From Clostridia bacterium (GTDB lineage Bacteria > Bacillota > Clostridia > UMGS1883 > UMGS1540): a stretch of DNA of 64,000 nucleotides. The first letter of the stretch is position 1. Every line of letters starts with the position of its first letter. Both the position numbers and the translations under genes were made by a program. Of the stretch, positions 19,304 to 29,782 are shown piece by piece. The stretch lies in NCBI GenBank assembly GCA_017436645.1, contig JAFSCR010000029.1:24360-88359 (forward strand), written 5' to 3'. The notes beneath the pieces are model-generated. The model worked only from the letters and a program-made list of their open reading frames with translations, had not been told where the DNA came from and ran no database searches.

Positions 19304-20167
19304 TTAATAGAAGCTTGTTATCATTTTTAAAAGATGTTTTTCCCCGTCCAAAATATCATGGGACAGGCAAAGAAGGTCACCGGATTTTGAGAACACGGTA
19401 TACCGGCCTTCTTCTTTATAAGGATTTAAAACCGGCACGCCGTTTCGGATGCGTTTTTCATCCGCTTCGTCCACTTCCACCTTGGGAAGGTGGGAAAACA
19501 CCAGTGCCGTGTCGAGTATATATTTTTCGGGTGCTTCCTCAAAATCAGAAAGCTTTACTGCATTTTCCGCAGTAAACCTTCCCGAGGCCGTGCGGGTAAG
19601 TGCAGTCATATGTGCGCCCGCAGAAAGCGCTTCGCCAATATCCTTACAAAGGGTGCGAATGTACGCCCCTTTGGAGCAGGTGACGGAAAATGTAACAAGA
19701 GGAATTTTAATTTCTATGGGACGGATTTCGTAAAAGGTGACCCGTCTCGGTTTTCTTTCTACCGTAATGCCCTGCCGTGCCAAATCATAAAGGCGTTTGC
19801 CCTCATGGTGCACTGCCGAGTACATGGGCGGAATCTGGTCGCATTCACCCTCAAAGCTTTTCATCGCCTTAAGAACTTCTTCTTCGCTGACCTTGACGGG
19901 TTTTTCAGAAAGCACTGTACCGGTGCTGTCCTCCGTGTCGGTGGTTTTGCCGAGACACAAGGTACATTCATATGTTTTCTGTGCCGCTACAACATAGTCC
20001 ACCGCATGGGTCGCCTTGCCGATGCAAATGGGCAGAACGCCTTCGGCCATGGGGTCCAAAGTACCAGTATGCCCCACACGCCTTGTACCTGCCGCACGGC
20101 GCACACGATATACTACATCATGGCTCGTCATCCCTGCCGGCTTCCAGATGTTAACAATGCCGTCCAT
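19304..20167 (-). CDS. truB: tRNA pseudouridine(55) synthase
   Basis: Contains GIVNIWKPAGMTSHDVV and GHTGTLDPMAEGVLPI. Confidence 0.94.
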   Translation of the reverse strand: MDGIVNIWKPAGMTSHDVVYRVRRAAGTRRVGHTGTLDPMAEGVLPICIGKATHAVDYVVAAQKTYECTLCLGKTTDTEDSTGTVLSEKPVKVSEEEVLKAMKSFEGECDQIPPMYSAVHHEGKRLYDLARQGITVERKPRRVTFYEIRPIEIKIPLVTFSVTCSKGAYIRTLCKDIGEALSAGAHMTALTRTASGRFTAENAVKLSDFEEAPEKYILDTALVFSHLPKVEVDEADEKRIRNGVPVLNPYKEEGRYTVFSKSGDLLCLSHDILDGEKHLLKMITSFY

Positions 20168-21101
20168 AGGCTTCTCCTATACGTTTGATGATTTCTTCTT
20201 TCCATACGGAAATATCGCCTTCTACGGTGGCCCCTGCGGCTCGGGCATGACCGCCGCCGCCGAATGTTTTGCAAAACGCCGCCGCATCAAGAACTTGACT
20301 CGTCCGCATGGATATTTTAATCTGCCCGTCCTTCTCCCGAAGGAGAACGCCGGTTTCCACACCCCGAATCCCCCGAAGGAGACCGGAAAGGTGGCTTGTA
20401 TCTTCATCCGAAGCGCCCGTTTCCGAAAGAAGTGCTTCCGTAACGGTGGCTACGGCTGTTTTGCCGTTATGACAAATGGTCATTTCATGCATTACCGCCG
20501 CCTCAAGGCGGATTTTCTCAAGGGGATTTTCCTCGAAAACGGCAAGGCAAATTTTTCCGCTTTCGGCACCGGCTTCCATAAGCTGCGCCGCTACCCTTAA
20601 GGTTTTGGGCGTTGTGTTGGAAAAACGGAAGCCGCCCGTATCTGTGACAAGACCTGTATAAAGGGGCGAGGCCGCATCTTCGAAAGGCTCACCTGCCAAA
20701 TCGAAAAGCCCGGCAATGATTTCTGCCGTGGCGGCCGCAGAAGGGTCTACCACGCACACGTCCCCGAAGCCTTCATTGGTGACGTGATGGTCAATGACAA
20801 GCTTTACCTTTGCGCCTTCAAAAAGCGGAAGCCGTTCTCCAAGACGTGCAGCGTCACCGCAGTCTACTGCGATGGCCGTGTGAGGCACAGGGACCCTATC
20901 CTCCAAAACGGCAAAATCTCCGCCTAAAAATGCAAGGTCGGACCGAACCGGTTCTTCAAGGCATATGGTATAGGGAATTCCCCATCTCAGGAGGAGCTTC
21001 CCCAGCGCTATACAAGATGCAATTGCATCCCCGTCTGCACTTTTATGGGGTAAAATTACCGCGTTTTCAGCTTTTTTCAGTGCCGATAAAAGGGTTTTCA
21101 T
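20151..21101 (-). CDS. nrnA: DHH-family phosphoesterase (NrnA-like oligoribonuclease / pAp phosphatase)
   Basis: HKSADGDAIAS (DHH motif), a DHH triad (VIDHH) and the DHHA1 motif GGGH. Sits in the conserved slot between rbfA and truB. Confidence 0.85.
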   Translation of the reverse strand: MKTLLSALKKAENAVILPHKSADGDAIASCIALGKLLLRWGIPYTICLEEPVRSDLAFLGGDFAVLEDRVPVPHTAIAVDCGDAARLGERLPLFEGAKVKLVIDHHVTNEGFGDVCVVDPSAAATAEIIAGLFDLAGEPFEDAASPLYTGLVTDTGGFRFSNTTPKTLRVAAQLMEAGAESGKICLAVFEENPLEKIRLEAAVMHEMTICHNGKTAVATVTEALLSETGASDEDTSHLSGLLRGIRGVETGVLLREKDGQIKISMRTSQVLDAAAFCKTFGGGGHARAAGATVEGDISVWKEEIIKRIGEAYGRHC

Positions 21102-21454
21102 TCTTTTTCCTCTTCTCCCATTACGTCTTTCAGCACCTTGTTTATGTGGGCGCCGTAGGCAATGGAATGGTCAATTTTAAATATAAATTCAGGCACGGCA
21201 CGGAGGTTTAAGCGGTTGCCGATTTCCCTACGCACAAAGCCCTGTGCGGCTTTCAGCGCCTTCAGGGTGTCCGCTTCCGCCTTTTCGCCGCCCATAACGC
21301 TTATATAGGCGGTGGCGTAGCGAAGGTCACGTGTTACTTCCACCTGCACAACACTTACAATAGGCGCAATGCGGGGGTCCTTTAATATGCGGATAACTGC
21401 CCCCAGTTCACGCCGTACCTCTTCATCTATGCGATTTTGTCTGTATCCCGCCAT
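21098..21454 (-). CDS. rbfA: Ribosome-binding factor A
   Basis: 118 aa containing RIDEEVRRELGAVI...VTRDLRYATAY. Confidence 0.93.
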   Translation of the reverse strand: MAGYRQNRIDEEVRRELGAVIRILKDPRIAPIVSVVQVEVTRDLRYATAYISVMGGEKAEADTLKALKAAQGFVRREIGNRLNLRAVPEFIFKIDHSIAYGAHINKVLKDVMGEEEKE

Positions 21455-21463
21455 AGGTTCCTC

Positions 21464-23722
21464 CTATCGGGCGATTTCCTCCATAACGGAGCATTCAACA
21501 ATATCGCCCTCTTTAATATCATTAAACTTTTCAAAGCTCATACCGCATTCATAGCCGGATGCAACTTCCTTTACGTCATCCTTAAAGCGGCGAAGTGTTG
21601 CAAGGTCGCCTTCGTGGATAACGATACCGTCACGAACAATACGAACCATACAACCTCTCTGAATCTTACCATCCTGCACATAGCAGCCTGCAATGGTACC
21701 GACACCGCTGACCTTGAAGGTCTGGCGGATTTCGGCGTGACCAATGGTGACTTCCTTAAATTCAGGTGCAAGCATACCCTTCATAGCGGCTTCAATTTCT
21801 TCGATAGCCTGATAGATAACACGGTACATCCGCATATCTACCTTGTGCATCTTAGCCGCTGCGAGAGCGCCCGAGTCGGGACGGACGTTAAAGCCGACGA
21901 TAATGGCACTCGAGGCCGTTGCCAGCATAACGTCAGATTCCGTAACGGCACCAACGGCGCCGTGAATAACACGAACACGGACTTCTTCATTGGAAATCTT
22001 TTCAAGGGACTGGGTAACTGCTTCCACAGAGCCTTTAACGTCTGCCTTTACAATGAGGTTAAGATCCTGCACGTTACCTTCCTGAATCTGGCTGAACAAA
22101 TCTTCAAGAGATACCACGGCAGTAGACTTTCTGTGTTCATCCTGCGCCTTCTGGCGACGGGCTTCTACCACGTTCTTCGCCATTTTTTCGTCGCTTACGG
22201 CGTAGAACAGGTCACCACCCTGACAAACTTCGCTCATACCCGTGATTTCAACCGGTGTGGACGGGCCTGCCTCTTTCAGGCGGTTGCCCTTGTCATCCAG
22301 CATGACACGGACACGGCCCATAGCGGTGCCGGAAACGATGGTGTCCCCTGTGCGGAGCGTACCATTCTGTACCAAAACGGTGGCAACGGGGCCACGGCCC
22401 TTATCAAGGCGGGCTTCAATAACGGTACCACGGGCAAGGCGGTCGGGATTTGCACGGAGTTCCTTCATGTCGGCTACAAGGATAACCATTTCGAGAAGGG
22501 TATCAATATTCTGACCGAGTTTTGCGGAAATGGGCACACAAATGGTATCACCGCCCCATGCTTCGGGGATAAGACCGTATTCTGTAAGTTCCTGCATAAC
22601 TCTGTCGGGGTTTGCATTATCTCTGTCGATTTTATTAATGGCAATGATGATAGAAACGCCTGCGGCCTTTGCATGGTCAAGTGCTTCAATGGTCTGGGGC
22701 ATGATACCGTCATCCGCCGCTACCACGATAATGGCAACGTCCGTAACCTGTGCACCACGGGCACGCATTGCGGTAAAGGCTTCGTGACCGGGTGTGTCAA
22801 GGAAGGTAAGACGTCTGTCCCCAAGGCGTACGCTGTAAGCACCGATGTGCTGTGTAATACCGCCGGCTTCCCCTGCGGCAACGTTTGCCGAGCGGATGGC
22901 ATCGAGAAGGGATGTTTTACCGTGGTCAACGTGACCCATAACAACAACGACGGGGTCACGGGGAACGAGCGATGCTTCGTCATCTGTATCATCCCCAAAA
23001 AGACGGTCTTCATCCGTAATAATAATTTCTTTTTCAACAATAGCGTTCATATCTTCGCCGATAAGTGCCGCCGTGTCAAAGTCAATATTTTGGCTGATGG
23101 ACGCCATAATGCCGAGCTGCATGAGGCGCTTGATGACTTCTGTTGCACTTTCCCCAAGACGCTCTGCAAATTCGCCAACGGAGATTTCATCGGGAATCTG
23201 AACGGTTTTCTTTTCCGCTTTCTTTTCTTTTTTCTGCGGCTGTACGGGTGCGGCAGAAGGCTGACCACCCTTCTGGCGCTTTTGGCCCTTCTTTATTTTC
23301 TGTTTCGAAGAGGATGCCTTTTCATGCATCTCGGTGTCAACCATTTCCTCGATTTTTTCGTTCTTTTCAATCTTTTCAAGATCAAGGGTGGAAGAGCGGG
23401 TATCTACATACCGCTTTTTCTCTTCTTTTTCTTCCTTCGGTTCGGGGGCCTCTTCCTCTAAGGGTTCCGCAGGTACTACTTCCGGTGCCTTCGGTTCTTC
23501 CGCCTTCTTCTTTAAAAATTCGGTAATATCGGAGCCGTCATCAAAGCTTTGTGTGTAGTAATCAAAGATGATGTCCATTTCCTCGCTCGTAAGTGTGCTC
23601 ATATGGTTTTTCGTGCCCATATCGTACTTTACGAGTAAATCAATTACGTCTTTATTGACAAGCTCTAAATCCTTTGCAATGGAATGAATTCTCGGTTTAT
23701 TTTGCTTTGCTGTTTTAGCCAC
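21464..23722 (-). CDS. infB: Translation initiation factor IF-2
   Basis: G-domain motifs [19 protein letters not shown] and NKID. Start proposed at GTG 23722 (giving [19 protein letters not shown]) after GGGGGTGG. ATG 23737 is an alternative. The rest of the 817-aa track ORF upstream is read-through of the preceding gene region. Confidence 0.93.
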   Translation of the reverse strand: MAKTAKQNKPRIHSIAKDLELVNKDVIDLLVKYDMGTKNHMSTLTSEEMDIIFDYYTQSFDDGSDITEFLKKKAEEPKAPEVVPAEPLEEEAPEPKEEKEEKKRYVDTRSSTLDLEKIEKNEKIEEMVDTEMHEKASSSKQKIKKGQKRQKGGQPSAAPVQPQKKEKKAEKKTVQIPDEISVGEFAERLGESATEVIKRLMQLGIMASISQNIDFDTAALIGEDMNAIVEKEIIITDEDRLFGDDTDDEASLVPRDPVVVVMGHVDHGKTSLLDAIRSANVAAGEAGGITQHIGAYSVRLGDRRLTFLDTPGHEAFTAMRARGAQVTDVAIIVVAADDGIMPQTIEALDHAKAAGVSIIIAINKIDRDNANPDRVMQELTEYGLIPEAWGGDTICVPISAKLGQNIDTLLEMVILVADMKELRANPDRLARGTVIEARLDKGRGPVATVLVQNGTLRTGDTIVSGTAMGRVRVMLDDKGNRLKEAGPSTPVEITGMSEVCQGGDLFYAVSDEKMAKNVVEARRQKAQDEHRKSTAVVSLEDLFSQIQEGNVQDLNLIVKADVKGSVEAVTQSLEKISNEEVRVRVIHGAVGAVTESDVMLATASSAIIVGFNVRPDSGALAAAKMHKVDMRMYRVIYQAIEEIEAAMKGMLAPEFKEVTIGHAEIRQTFKVSGVGTIAGCYVQDGKIQRGCMVRIVRDGIVIHEGDLATLRRFKDDVKEVASGYECGMSFEKFNDIKEGDIVECSVMEEIAR

Positions 23723-24026
23723 TAAAGCCACCCCCATAAATTTTAAGTATTGCGGACGCAAATCCTGTGTCCCGAATGCCGAGGACGGATACTTTTCCTT
23801 TCCCCGTGCTCTTTGCCAAAGAATCGACAGAGCCGAATAATATAAGCTTCGTGCCGTAACTTTTGCATTTATCCTGCATTCGTTTTTTCGTGTTTTCCGA
23901 AGCATCCTCCGCCACAATCACAAGGGGGAGTTTTCCGCTTCTGACAAGGCTTTCACACGCCTCGCCTCCAAACGCCATGCGTCCGGCTTTGACGCACAAA
24001 CCTATCATGCCATAAAGTTTATGCAT
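23715..24026 (-). CDS. L7Ae-family RNA-binding protein (YlxQ-like)
   Basis: 103 aa with a [34 protein letters not shown] pattern. Conserved slot between ylxR and infB. Confidence 0.85.
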   Translation of the reverse strand: MHKLYGMIGLCVKAGRMAFGGEACESLVRSGKLPLVIVAEDASENTKKRMQDKCKSYGTKLILFGSVDSLAKSTGKGKVSVLGIRDTGFASAILKIYGGGFSG

Positions 24027-24279
24027 ACTGTTCTCCTAATTCCGTATAAATTTCCGCAGGTACAGGACAGGAAAGGGCTCGTTCCACTCTTCTCTCAAGC
24101 TTTGCCTTTTCAATGCATGCCCTGTTTTTACAAATATATGCCCCACGGCCGTTTTCTCTGCCGCCGGCATCAAGCCTTACGATGCCTTCCGGCGTTCGCA
24201 CAAGACGAACCATTTCATCCTGCCCGTGTGCCTTGCGACAGCTTACACACATCCGTGTTTTTGCCGGTTTGTTCGCCAA
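24019..24279 (-). CDS. ylxR: YlxR/DUF448-family RNA-binding protein
   Basis: Contains RMCVSCRK...MVRLVRTPEG...GRGAYIC. Start is probably TTG 24279, one nt after the nusA stop. ATG 24252 is an alternative. Confidence 0.8.
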   Translation of the reverse strand: MANKPAKTRMCVSCRKAHGQDEMVRLVRTPEGIVRLDAGGRENGRGAYICKNRACIEKAKLERRVERALSCPVPAEIYTELGEQYA

Positions 24280-24280
24280 A

Positions 24281-25321
24281 TCAGAACACCTCGCCAACTT
24301 CCTTGTCGCTCTTAATATCAATCTTCCAGCCTGTCAGCTTTGCGGCAAGACGTGCGTTTTGTCCTTCTTTACCGATTGCCAGCGAAAGCTGGAATTCGGG
24401 TACAACCACCTCAGCGGCATTGGCTTCCTTATCAAGTGTGACACGGAGAACCTTTGCAGGGCTGATGCTTTCCGTAATGAATACGGACGGGTCTTCACTA
24501 TACTTTACAATATCTACCTTTTCTTCTCCAAGGCCACGGAGAACTGCTGCGACACGTGCGCCCTTCTGGCCGACACATGCACCAACAGCATCTACGTTGG
24601 GGTTATTGGAGGAAACTGCAATTTTACTTCTGGAGCCTGCTTCACGGGCAATGCTGCGAATCTCTACCGTACCGTTTTCAATTTCCGGCACTTCTCTTTC
24701 AAAAAGACGGCGAACAAGGCCGGGGTGGGTGCGGGATACGGTAATCTGCAGACCTCTTGTGGTGTTGCGGACTTCTGTTACATAAACGAGAAGCTTCTGG
24801 CCGGGGCGATAAACCTCACCCGGTGCCTGTTCATGCATGGGCATAATGGTTTCGGTGGAACCGATTTCAATTAAAACGCCACGCTTTTCTATTTTCTGTA
24901 CTGTGCCTAAGATTACATCGTTTTCCTTGCTCTGATATTCGGAGTACATTCTGCCACGTTCCGCCTCACGGATATGCTGCACGAGCATCTGCTTTGCATT
25001 CTGTGCAGCAATGCGGCCGAAGTTCTTCGGTGTGGTTTCAATGTTTACAACGTCCCCGATACCGTATTTGGGATTAATGAGCTGTGCTTCCTCCAAGGTA
25101 AGTTCCATGGACGAATCTTCCACTTCTTCCACAACCGTCTTTTGTGTGTGTACACGGATTTCGCCCTTTTCGTCAATGTCCACTTCCACGTTTTCGCCTG
25201 CATTATAGTACTTTCTGTAAGCACTTGCAAGGGCTGTGCGTAAGGTTTCGAGAAGTTCTTCCTTATTAATCTTCTTTTCCTTTTCCAAAAGGTCTAATGC
25301 CGTCATAAGTTCGTTTGCCAT
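24281..25321 (-). CDS. nusA: Transcription termination/antitermination factor NusA
   Basis: S1 and KH domains (GTVQKIEKRGVLIEIG; VGACVGQKGARV; LAIGKEGQNARLAAKLTGWKIDI). ATG at 25321 follows AGGGAG. Confidence 0.95.
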   Translation of the reverse strand: MANELMTALDLLEKEKKINKEELLETLRTALASAYRKYYNAGENVEVDIDEKGEIRVHTQKTVVEEVEDSSMELTLEEAQLINPKYGIGDVVNIETTPKNFGRIAAQNAKQMLVQHIREAERGRMYSEYQSKENDVILGTVQKIEKRGVLIEIGSTETIMPMHEQAPGEVYRPGQKLLVYVTEVRNTTRGLQITVSRTHPGLVRRLFEREVPEIENGTVEIRSIAREAGSRSKIAVSSNNPNVDAVGACVGQKGARVAAVLRGLGEEKVDIVKYSEDPSVFITESISPAKVLRVTLDKEANAAEVVVPEFQLSLAIGKEGQNARLAAKLTGWKIDIKSDKEVGEVF

Positions 25322-25337
25322 TTTGTTTGTCTCCCTT

Positions 25338-25802
25338 TCAAAATTTCCCGTCAAACAGAGTTTGTACTTTAGCGACCTTATCCATTTCAAGGCAAAGGTC
25401 CTCGCCGTCTTCTGTTTCAACCGTAATTGTTTCTTTATTATACGCTTTTAAAATACCGGTAAGCTTCTTCTTGCCGTCCCTGGGTGCATAAAACCTGATT
25501 TCCACCGTTTCTCCAATTGCCGATTCAAAATGCCAGTCCCTTGTAAGCACTCTTTCAAGACCGGGCGAGGAAACCTCAAGGCAATATGCCGCTTCTATGG
25601 GGTCCTCCTTATCGAGCACGTCGGAAAGGGCACGGCTGACCGTTTCGCAGTCCTCAAGGCCTACGCCGTCCTCACCATACAGAAACACCCGCAGAAACCA
25701 GTCCGGTCCCTCTTTTTTGTACTCCACATCGTAAACCCGGAGCCCTCTTTCTTCGCAGATGGGAGCGGCCATTTCTTCTACCAGCTTTTCAATTTTAGCC
25801 AT
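25338..25802 (-). CDS. rimP: Ribosome maturation factor RimP
   Basis: 154 aa containing LEVSSPGLERVL, upstream of nusA. Confidence 0.92.
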   Translation of the reverse strand: MAKIEKLVEEMAAPICEERGLRVYDVEYKKEGPDWFLRVFLYGEDGVGLEDCETVSRALSDVLDKEDPIEAAYCLEVSSPGLERVLTRDWHFESAIGETVEIRFYAPRDGKKKLTGILKAYNKETITVETEDGEDLCLEMDKVAKVQTLFDGKF

Positions 25803-25813
25803 GTTTTGCTCCT

Positions 25814-25858
25814 AAAAAACAAATTAAATTGTGAGGGCGGCAAAAACTGCCGCCCTCA
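25814..25858 (-). terminator. Terminator after the Gfo/Idh/MocA gene
   Basis: TGAGGGCGGC / GCCGCCCTCA 10-bp stem, followed by a U-rich tract on the minus strand. Confidence 0.75.
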
Positions 25859-25931
25859 TAATCCAATATGTATTATAACACAGGTTTTTCGCTAATGCAA
25901 GTATTTTTGGAAAAATTTTAAAAAATTCCCA

Positions 25932-26954
25932 TTAAAGCTGTACTCTTTGTCCCGTTTTGCCGGACTGATACAGTGCACAAATCATTTTTTGGGTTTTAAT
26001 GGCTTCTTCGCCGGAAAGTGCGGGCATCTCACCCTTCTTAATGCTTTCGTAGAAATCCGCCACCTGCTTATAGTGCCCTACGCCCCAGTAGCCTTTTCCG
26101 GGGACTGTGGGACCGGGAACCGTTTCGTTATCCCGCTCTATCACGCTGCCGTCTTCAAAGGTAACGGTTGCCTTTGCAGCTTCCATATGAATTTTGCCCT
26201 TTTCGCAAAGGATGTCAATGGTAATGTTTTCGTTTTCGCCGTAGTAATTTACAAGGTGGAACATGGTTCTTACGCCGTTTTTATATACGATAATGCCTTC
26301 CGCCATATCCTCAACCTCAATGGTGGGGTGGGTGCGGTTTGCAATGTTCGCTTCCACAAAGTCAATTTCCTCATCCATAAACCAGCGGAGAAGGTCAAGG
26401 GTATGAATGGCCTGATTGATAATGACGCCGCCGCCTTCCCTTTCCCATGTGCCGTGCCAGTTATCTTTCGCATAATAGGAATCGGGTCTGTCCCAGTAAA
26501 GGGCGCACTTTGCACATTTTACCTTGCCCAGCTTTCCGCTTTCAAGGGTTTCCTTCACAAGTACAGAGCCGGGGTTTGTGCGGTTTTGGAAAATAACGCC
26601 TAAGGTATTCCCCGTTCTTCTTGCCGCTTCGTTCATCGCCTCAGCATCTTCATATTTAATAGCCATGGGCTTTTCCGTGAGAACGTGTTTGCCATGCTCG
26701 AGGGCATAAATTGTCATGGGTGCATGGAGATAGTGGGGGGTTGCAATGTGAATAACATCAATATCATCACACTCGCACATTTCCTTCCAGTCCGTATACA
26801 CACGGCAAGAAAATTCTGCCGCCGTTTTTTCTGCACGCTCACGTATTTCATCGCAAACGGCTACGATTTCCACATCGGGAAGCACGGCGATGGCTCTCGT
26901 GTGCAAAGAGTGAATGTGTCCGCAGCCGATCAGCGCTGCTCTGATTTTTTCCAT
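25932..26954 (-). CDS. Gfo/Idh/MocA-family oxidoreductase
   Basis: N-terminal Rossmann motif (IRAALIGCGHIH). Contains an EKPMA motif. Confidence 0.85.
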   Translation of the reverse strand: MEKIRAALIGCGHIHSLHTRAIAVLPDVEIVAVCDEIRERAEKTAAEFSCRVYTDWKEMCECDDIDVIHIATPHYLHAPMTIYALEHGKHVLTEKPMAIKYEDAEAMNEAARRTGNTLGVIFQNRTNPGSVLVKETLESGKLGKVKCAKCALYWDRPDSYYAKDNWHGTWEREGGGVIINQAIHTLDLLRWFMDEEIDFVEANIANRTHPTIEVEDMAEGIIVYKNGVRTMFHLVNYYGENENITIDILCEKGKIHMEAAKATVTFEDGSVIERDNETVPGPTVPGKGYWGVGHYKQVADFYESIKKGEMPALSGEEAIKTQKMICALYQSGKTGQRVQL

Positions 26955-26972
26955 AATACTCTCTCCTCTTCT

Positions 26973-28166
26973 TTACATCCCGGGACCAAGGTCAATTTCT
27001 GTTGTTTTCCCAAGATGGTAATGCTCTCTTTTTCTGACGGATTCGTCCCGAATCCATCTGTTATAATCGCAGCCGCCCTCACCGAGACACCACTGATATT
27101 TCTGATTCGGAACCTTTCCTAAAAACCGGTTTTCAGAAGTGTACCAAAGGCAAACCATAGGGTCCACAAGCTTATAAAGCCCGATTTCGCCACCGATAAG
27201 TCCGTGGTGTGCAAGCTGCAAGATATCGCTCTTTACATAATCGCCGTAAATGGAGGCAAGTTCTCTGCAGGAATACTGCATGCAGTCGCCAAGGAAAAGG
27301 AACGTTTTTTCCGCCGTTTTCAACCGCCATGCGGCGCTTACATCATTGGCACTCGCATAGGGGTAGGGATAAATGGTATCCGCCGTGAGCAGAATCTCAA
27401 TTTCCACGCCGGGGAAAAAGTAGCTTTGGCCGGCATGCAGCGTATAGACGGGTACATGGGGAAAATTCGTTTTTATGCTTTCTTCAAAAGCCTGAATCTC
27501 TTCTCCGATAATGGCGCTGTCAATATACACAAACTTTGCCTTCTCGCAGTCATTAAACTGATAGGCAAATCCTTCGATATCGACTTTCCCTGCAAACGCC
27601 TTTAAAAAGACGGTGGCAAGGCGGATATGGTCAGAATCAGGATGGGTAAACATCCACATGGCAATGCGTGGTGTTTCTTCTCCCGATTTTTCTTTTAAAA
27701 ATGCATATAGTGCTTCGGGGTCCCCTTCGCCATCCAGGCTGCCATCCATTAAAACAAAGTGATTATCGGCAAGGTGCACCGCATAGATGGAGCCAAGGGC
27801 AAGTTTCAGCTGAAAAAGCTTCGGGTGCATCTTCGAGGGGGACGGGATTTTTTCCGTTTTAGGTAACGGAAGGCACGGGGAGGTGACAATATGCACCGTT
27901 CTTATGCCTGCCGCCCAGAAAATAAAGATATTTTGTTCTTCGTTTATATATGTATAAAAAAGATTCCTGTTATAAGGTTTTTCACTGCCTGCAGGTTTTA
28001 CCTTTTTGTCATACAGGGAAAAGCCTTCTTCCGAAAGCATTTCGGCATAGGCGATAACCTCTTCCTCCGTTGTGTTCTGCACCGTAAATTGGGTGTGACC
28101 GGGTACAATCTCGGCAGGAGGAAAGGAAAGCCCTGCTAAAGTTTTATATTTTGGAATCTGCATCAT
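26973..28166 (-). CDS. MBL-fold (ComEC/Rec2-type HxDxDH) hydrolase-like protein
   Basis: 397 aa containing FTHPDSDH and a later LAHHG motif. No transmembrane part, so this is not ComEC itself. Confidence 0.5.
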   Translation of the reverse strand: MMQIPKYKTLAGLSFPPAEIVPGHTQFTVQNTTEEEVIAYAEMLSEEGFSLYDKKVKPAGSEKPYNRNLFYTYINEEQNIFIFWAAGIRTVHIVTSPCLPLPKTEKIPSPSKMHPKLFQLKLALGSIYAVHLADNHFVLMDGSLDGEGDPEALYAFLKEKSGEETPRIAMWMFTHPDSDHIRLATVFLKAFAGKVDIEGFAYQFNDCEKAKFVYIDSAIIGEEIQAFEESIKTNFPHVPVYTLHAGQSYFFPGVEIEILLTADTIYPYPYASANDVSAAWRLKTAEKTFLFLGDCMQYSCRELASIYGDYVKSDILQLAHHGLIGGEIGLYKLVDPMVCLWYTSENRFLGKVPNQKYQWCLGEGGCDYNRWIRDESVRKREHYHLGKTTEIDLGPGM

Positions 28167-28206
28167 GATAACACCTTATTTCACGCCTTTCGGCTTTATC
28201 AAATGC

Positions 28207-28235
28207 ATTATAGCATATACCTTTTAAAAGTGCAA
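28207..28235 (-). promoter_or_regulatory. Sigma-A-type promoter for the MBL-fold gene
   Basis: On the minus strand: TTGCAC (28235-28230), a 17-nt spacer, then TATAAT (28212-28207). Confidence 0.65.
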
Positions 28236-28271
28236 GCGTTCTTTCGGAAAATACAAAAGAAAGTTTATTTT

Positions 28272-28577
28272 TCACCTTCCTACGTTCATTGGCACGGCGT
28301 AGGTTGAAAATTTTACGCCATGGGAAAGGTCAAAATTATCGGTGGCCTTCATAAGACCGATGCATCCTACCTGAAAAAGGTCATCCACGCTCTCGCCTCT
28401 GTTTTGAAACCGCTGTATAACGCTTAACACAAGGCGCAGATTGCCTTCAATAAAATCCTCCCTTGCCCTTTTGTTACCGTTTTTGATTTCGAGGAGCAGT
28501 TTTTCCTTTTCCGCATCGGAAAGTGTGGGAAGTTTTGCCGTGTTTACGCCGCTGATGTCCACCTTATACATTGCCAT
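28272..28577 (-). pseudogene. sigG: 5-prime fragment of a sigG/sigF-type sporulation sigma factor (regions 1.2-2.3 only)
   Basis: The 101-aa product matches the SigG N-terminal half almost motif for motif (GNLRLVLSVIQRF.NRGE.VDDLFQVGCIGLMK..DNFDLSHGVKFSTYAVPM). It then diverges (NVGR-stop) where IIGEIRRYLRDN is expected. No region 3/4 coding sequence lies downstream in any frame. Confidence 0.8.
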
Positions 28578-28678
28578 GTTTTTTCTCTCCCTTTTCTATA
28601 AAAATTTTGCCTGCACAGATAAAAAATCCCTCCGGATTAGTATGTATCCGAAGGGATTTATTTATTCGATAATTTCGG

Positions 28679-29752
28679 TTATCTCTTAACGCGTGCGTTA
28701 CCTTCCCAGATGCTCCATACCTGTTCTTCATCTGCAGGCTGTGCATAGTCTGTGAGGAATGTGGTAGCCATAGCGCCGCTGGCCCAGCCGAACTGGATCC
28801 ATTTTTCCGGTTCCCAGCCACGGAGGATTGCATAGAGCATACCGCCAACGAAGCCGTCACCGCCGCCGATACGGTCAAGAACGTGAATTTCACGAGGTTC
28901 TACAACGTGCCAGTTGTCGCCTTCCAGCATGATGCCGCCCCAGAGGTGGCAGTTGGTGTTTACAACCTGACGAAGTGTGGTTGCATATACGGAAGTGTGG
29001 GGATAAGCCTTCTTAACTTCCATAATCATGCCCTTGAAGGATTCAATCTTAGCGCCGATATCCTTACCGCCTGCTTCAGGACCTTCAATGCCGAGGCAAA
29101 GCTGGAAGTCTTCTTCGTTACCGATGAGAATGTCGGAAACGGAAGCGATTTCGGAGAAGCTTCTGTGAAGTTCTTCTTCACGGCCGATCCAGAAGGATGC
29201 ACGGTGGTTCAGGTCAAAGGAAATGAGTGTGCCGTACTTCTTAGCAGCACGTGCAAGCTCAAGACAGAAAGTTGTGGTGTCGGGAGAAAGAGCTGCAATA
29301 AGGCCGGAGAGGTGGAGAACCTGTACGCCTTCTTCGCCGAAGATGCGTTCGAGGTCAAAGTCTTTAATGTTCAGAGTTCTGCCGACTTCACCTGCTCTGT
29401 CATTCTGTACACGGGGACCACGGGAGCCGTAGCCGCTGTCAGCAATATTGAACTGGTGGCGGTAACCCCAGGGGCCGCCCTGTTCTACTTCCTTGCCTTC
29501 GTATGCCATGTGGCGTGCAGAAAGGTTTGACTTAATAAAGTGTGCAATGGGGCTGCCTTTAACGAATGTGGTCAGAACCTTTACAGGGAGACCAAGATAG
29601 GAAGATACAGATGCAACGTTTGTTTCAGCACTTGTTGCCTGCATGATGAAACGGTCGGAAGCGTGTGTGGGCTGACCGTTTTCCGGGGTGATGCGAACAC
29701 CCATGCTGGTGGGTACTACGAGGGACCATTTGCAATTTTCTCTGAGTTTCAT
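28679..29752 (-). CDS. PfkB-family sugar kinase (2-keto-3-deoxygluconate kinase-like)
   Basis: 357 aa with a C-terminal DRIGGGDGFVGGMLY motif typical of the PfkB ATP site. Confidence 0.75.
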   Translation of the reverse strand: MKLRENCKWSLVVPTSMGVRITPENGQPTHASDRFIMQATSAETNVASVSSYLGLPVKVLTTFVKGSPIAHFIKSNLSARHMAYEGKEVEQGGPWGYRHQFNIADSGYGSRGPRVQNDRAGEVGRTLNIKDFDLERIFGEEGVQVLHLSGLIAALSPDTTTFCLELARAAKKYGTLISFDLNHRASFWIGREEELHRSFSEIASVSDILIGNEEDFQLCLGIEGPEAGGKDIGAKIESFKGMIMEVKKAYPHTSVYATTLRQVVNTNCHLWGGIMLEGDNWHVVEPREIHVLDRIGGGDGFVGGMLYAILRGWEPEKWIQFGWASGAMATTFLTDYAQPADEEQVWSIWEGNARVKR

Positions 29753-29782
29753 TGTAAAATTCCTTCTTTCTTAAGATTTATA

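Noticed and set aside
21437-23461. 674-aa plus-strand ORF
   Set aside because: It lies entirely antisense to infB, whose G-domain motifs are unambiguous. Its product is low-complexity (rich in N, G, F, C, H) with no recognisable motif or RBS. Such long antisense frames are a typical artefact opposite highly expressed genes.
25800-28285. skin-like intervening element interrupting sigG
   Set aside because: Downstream of the break lie an MBL-fold gene, an oxidoreductase gene and then the essential rimP-nusA-infB operon. There is no recombinase and no 3-prime sigG segment anywhere in the window, so an excisable element starting here is not supported by this sequence. A distant 3-prime half cannot be excluded without the full genome.
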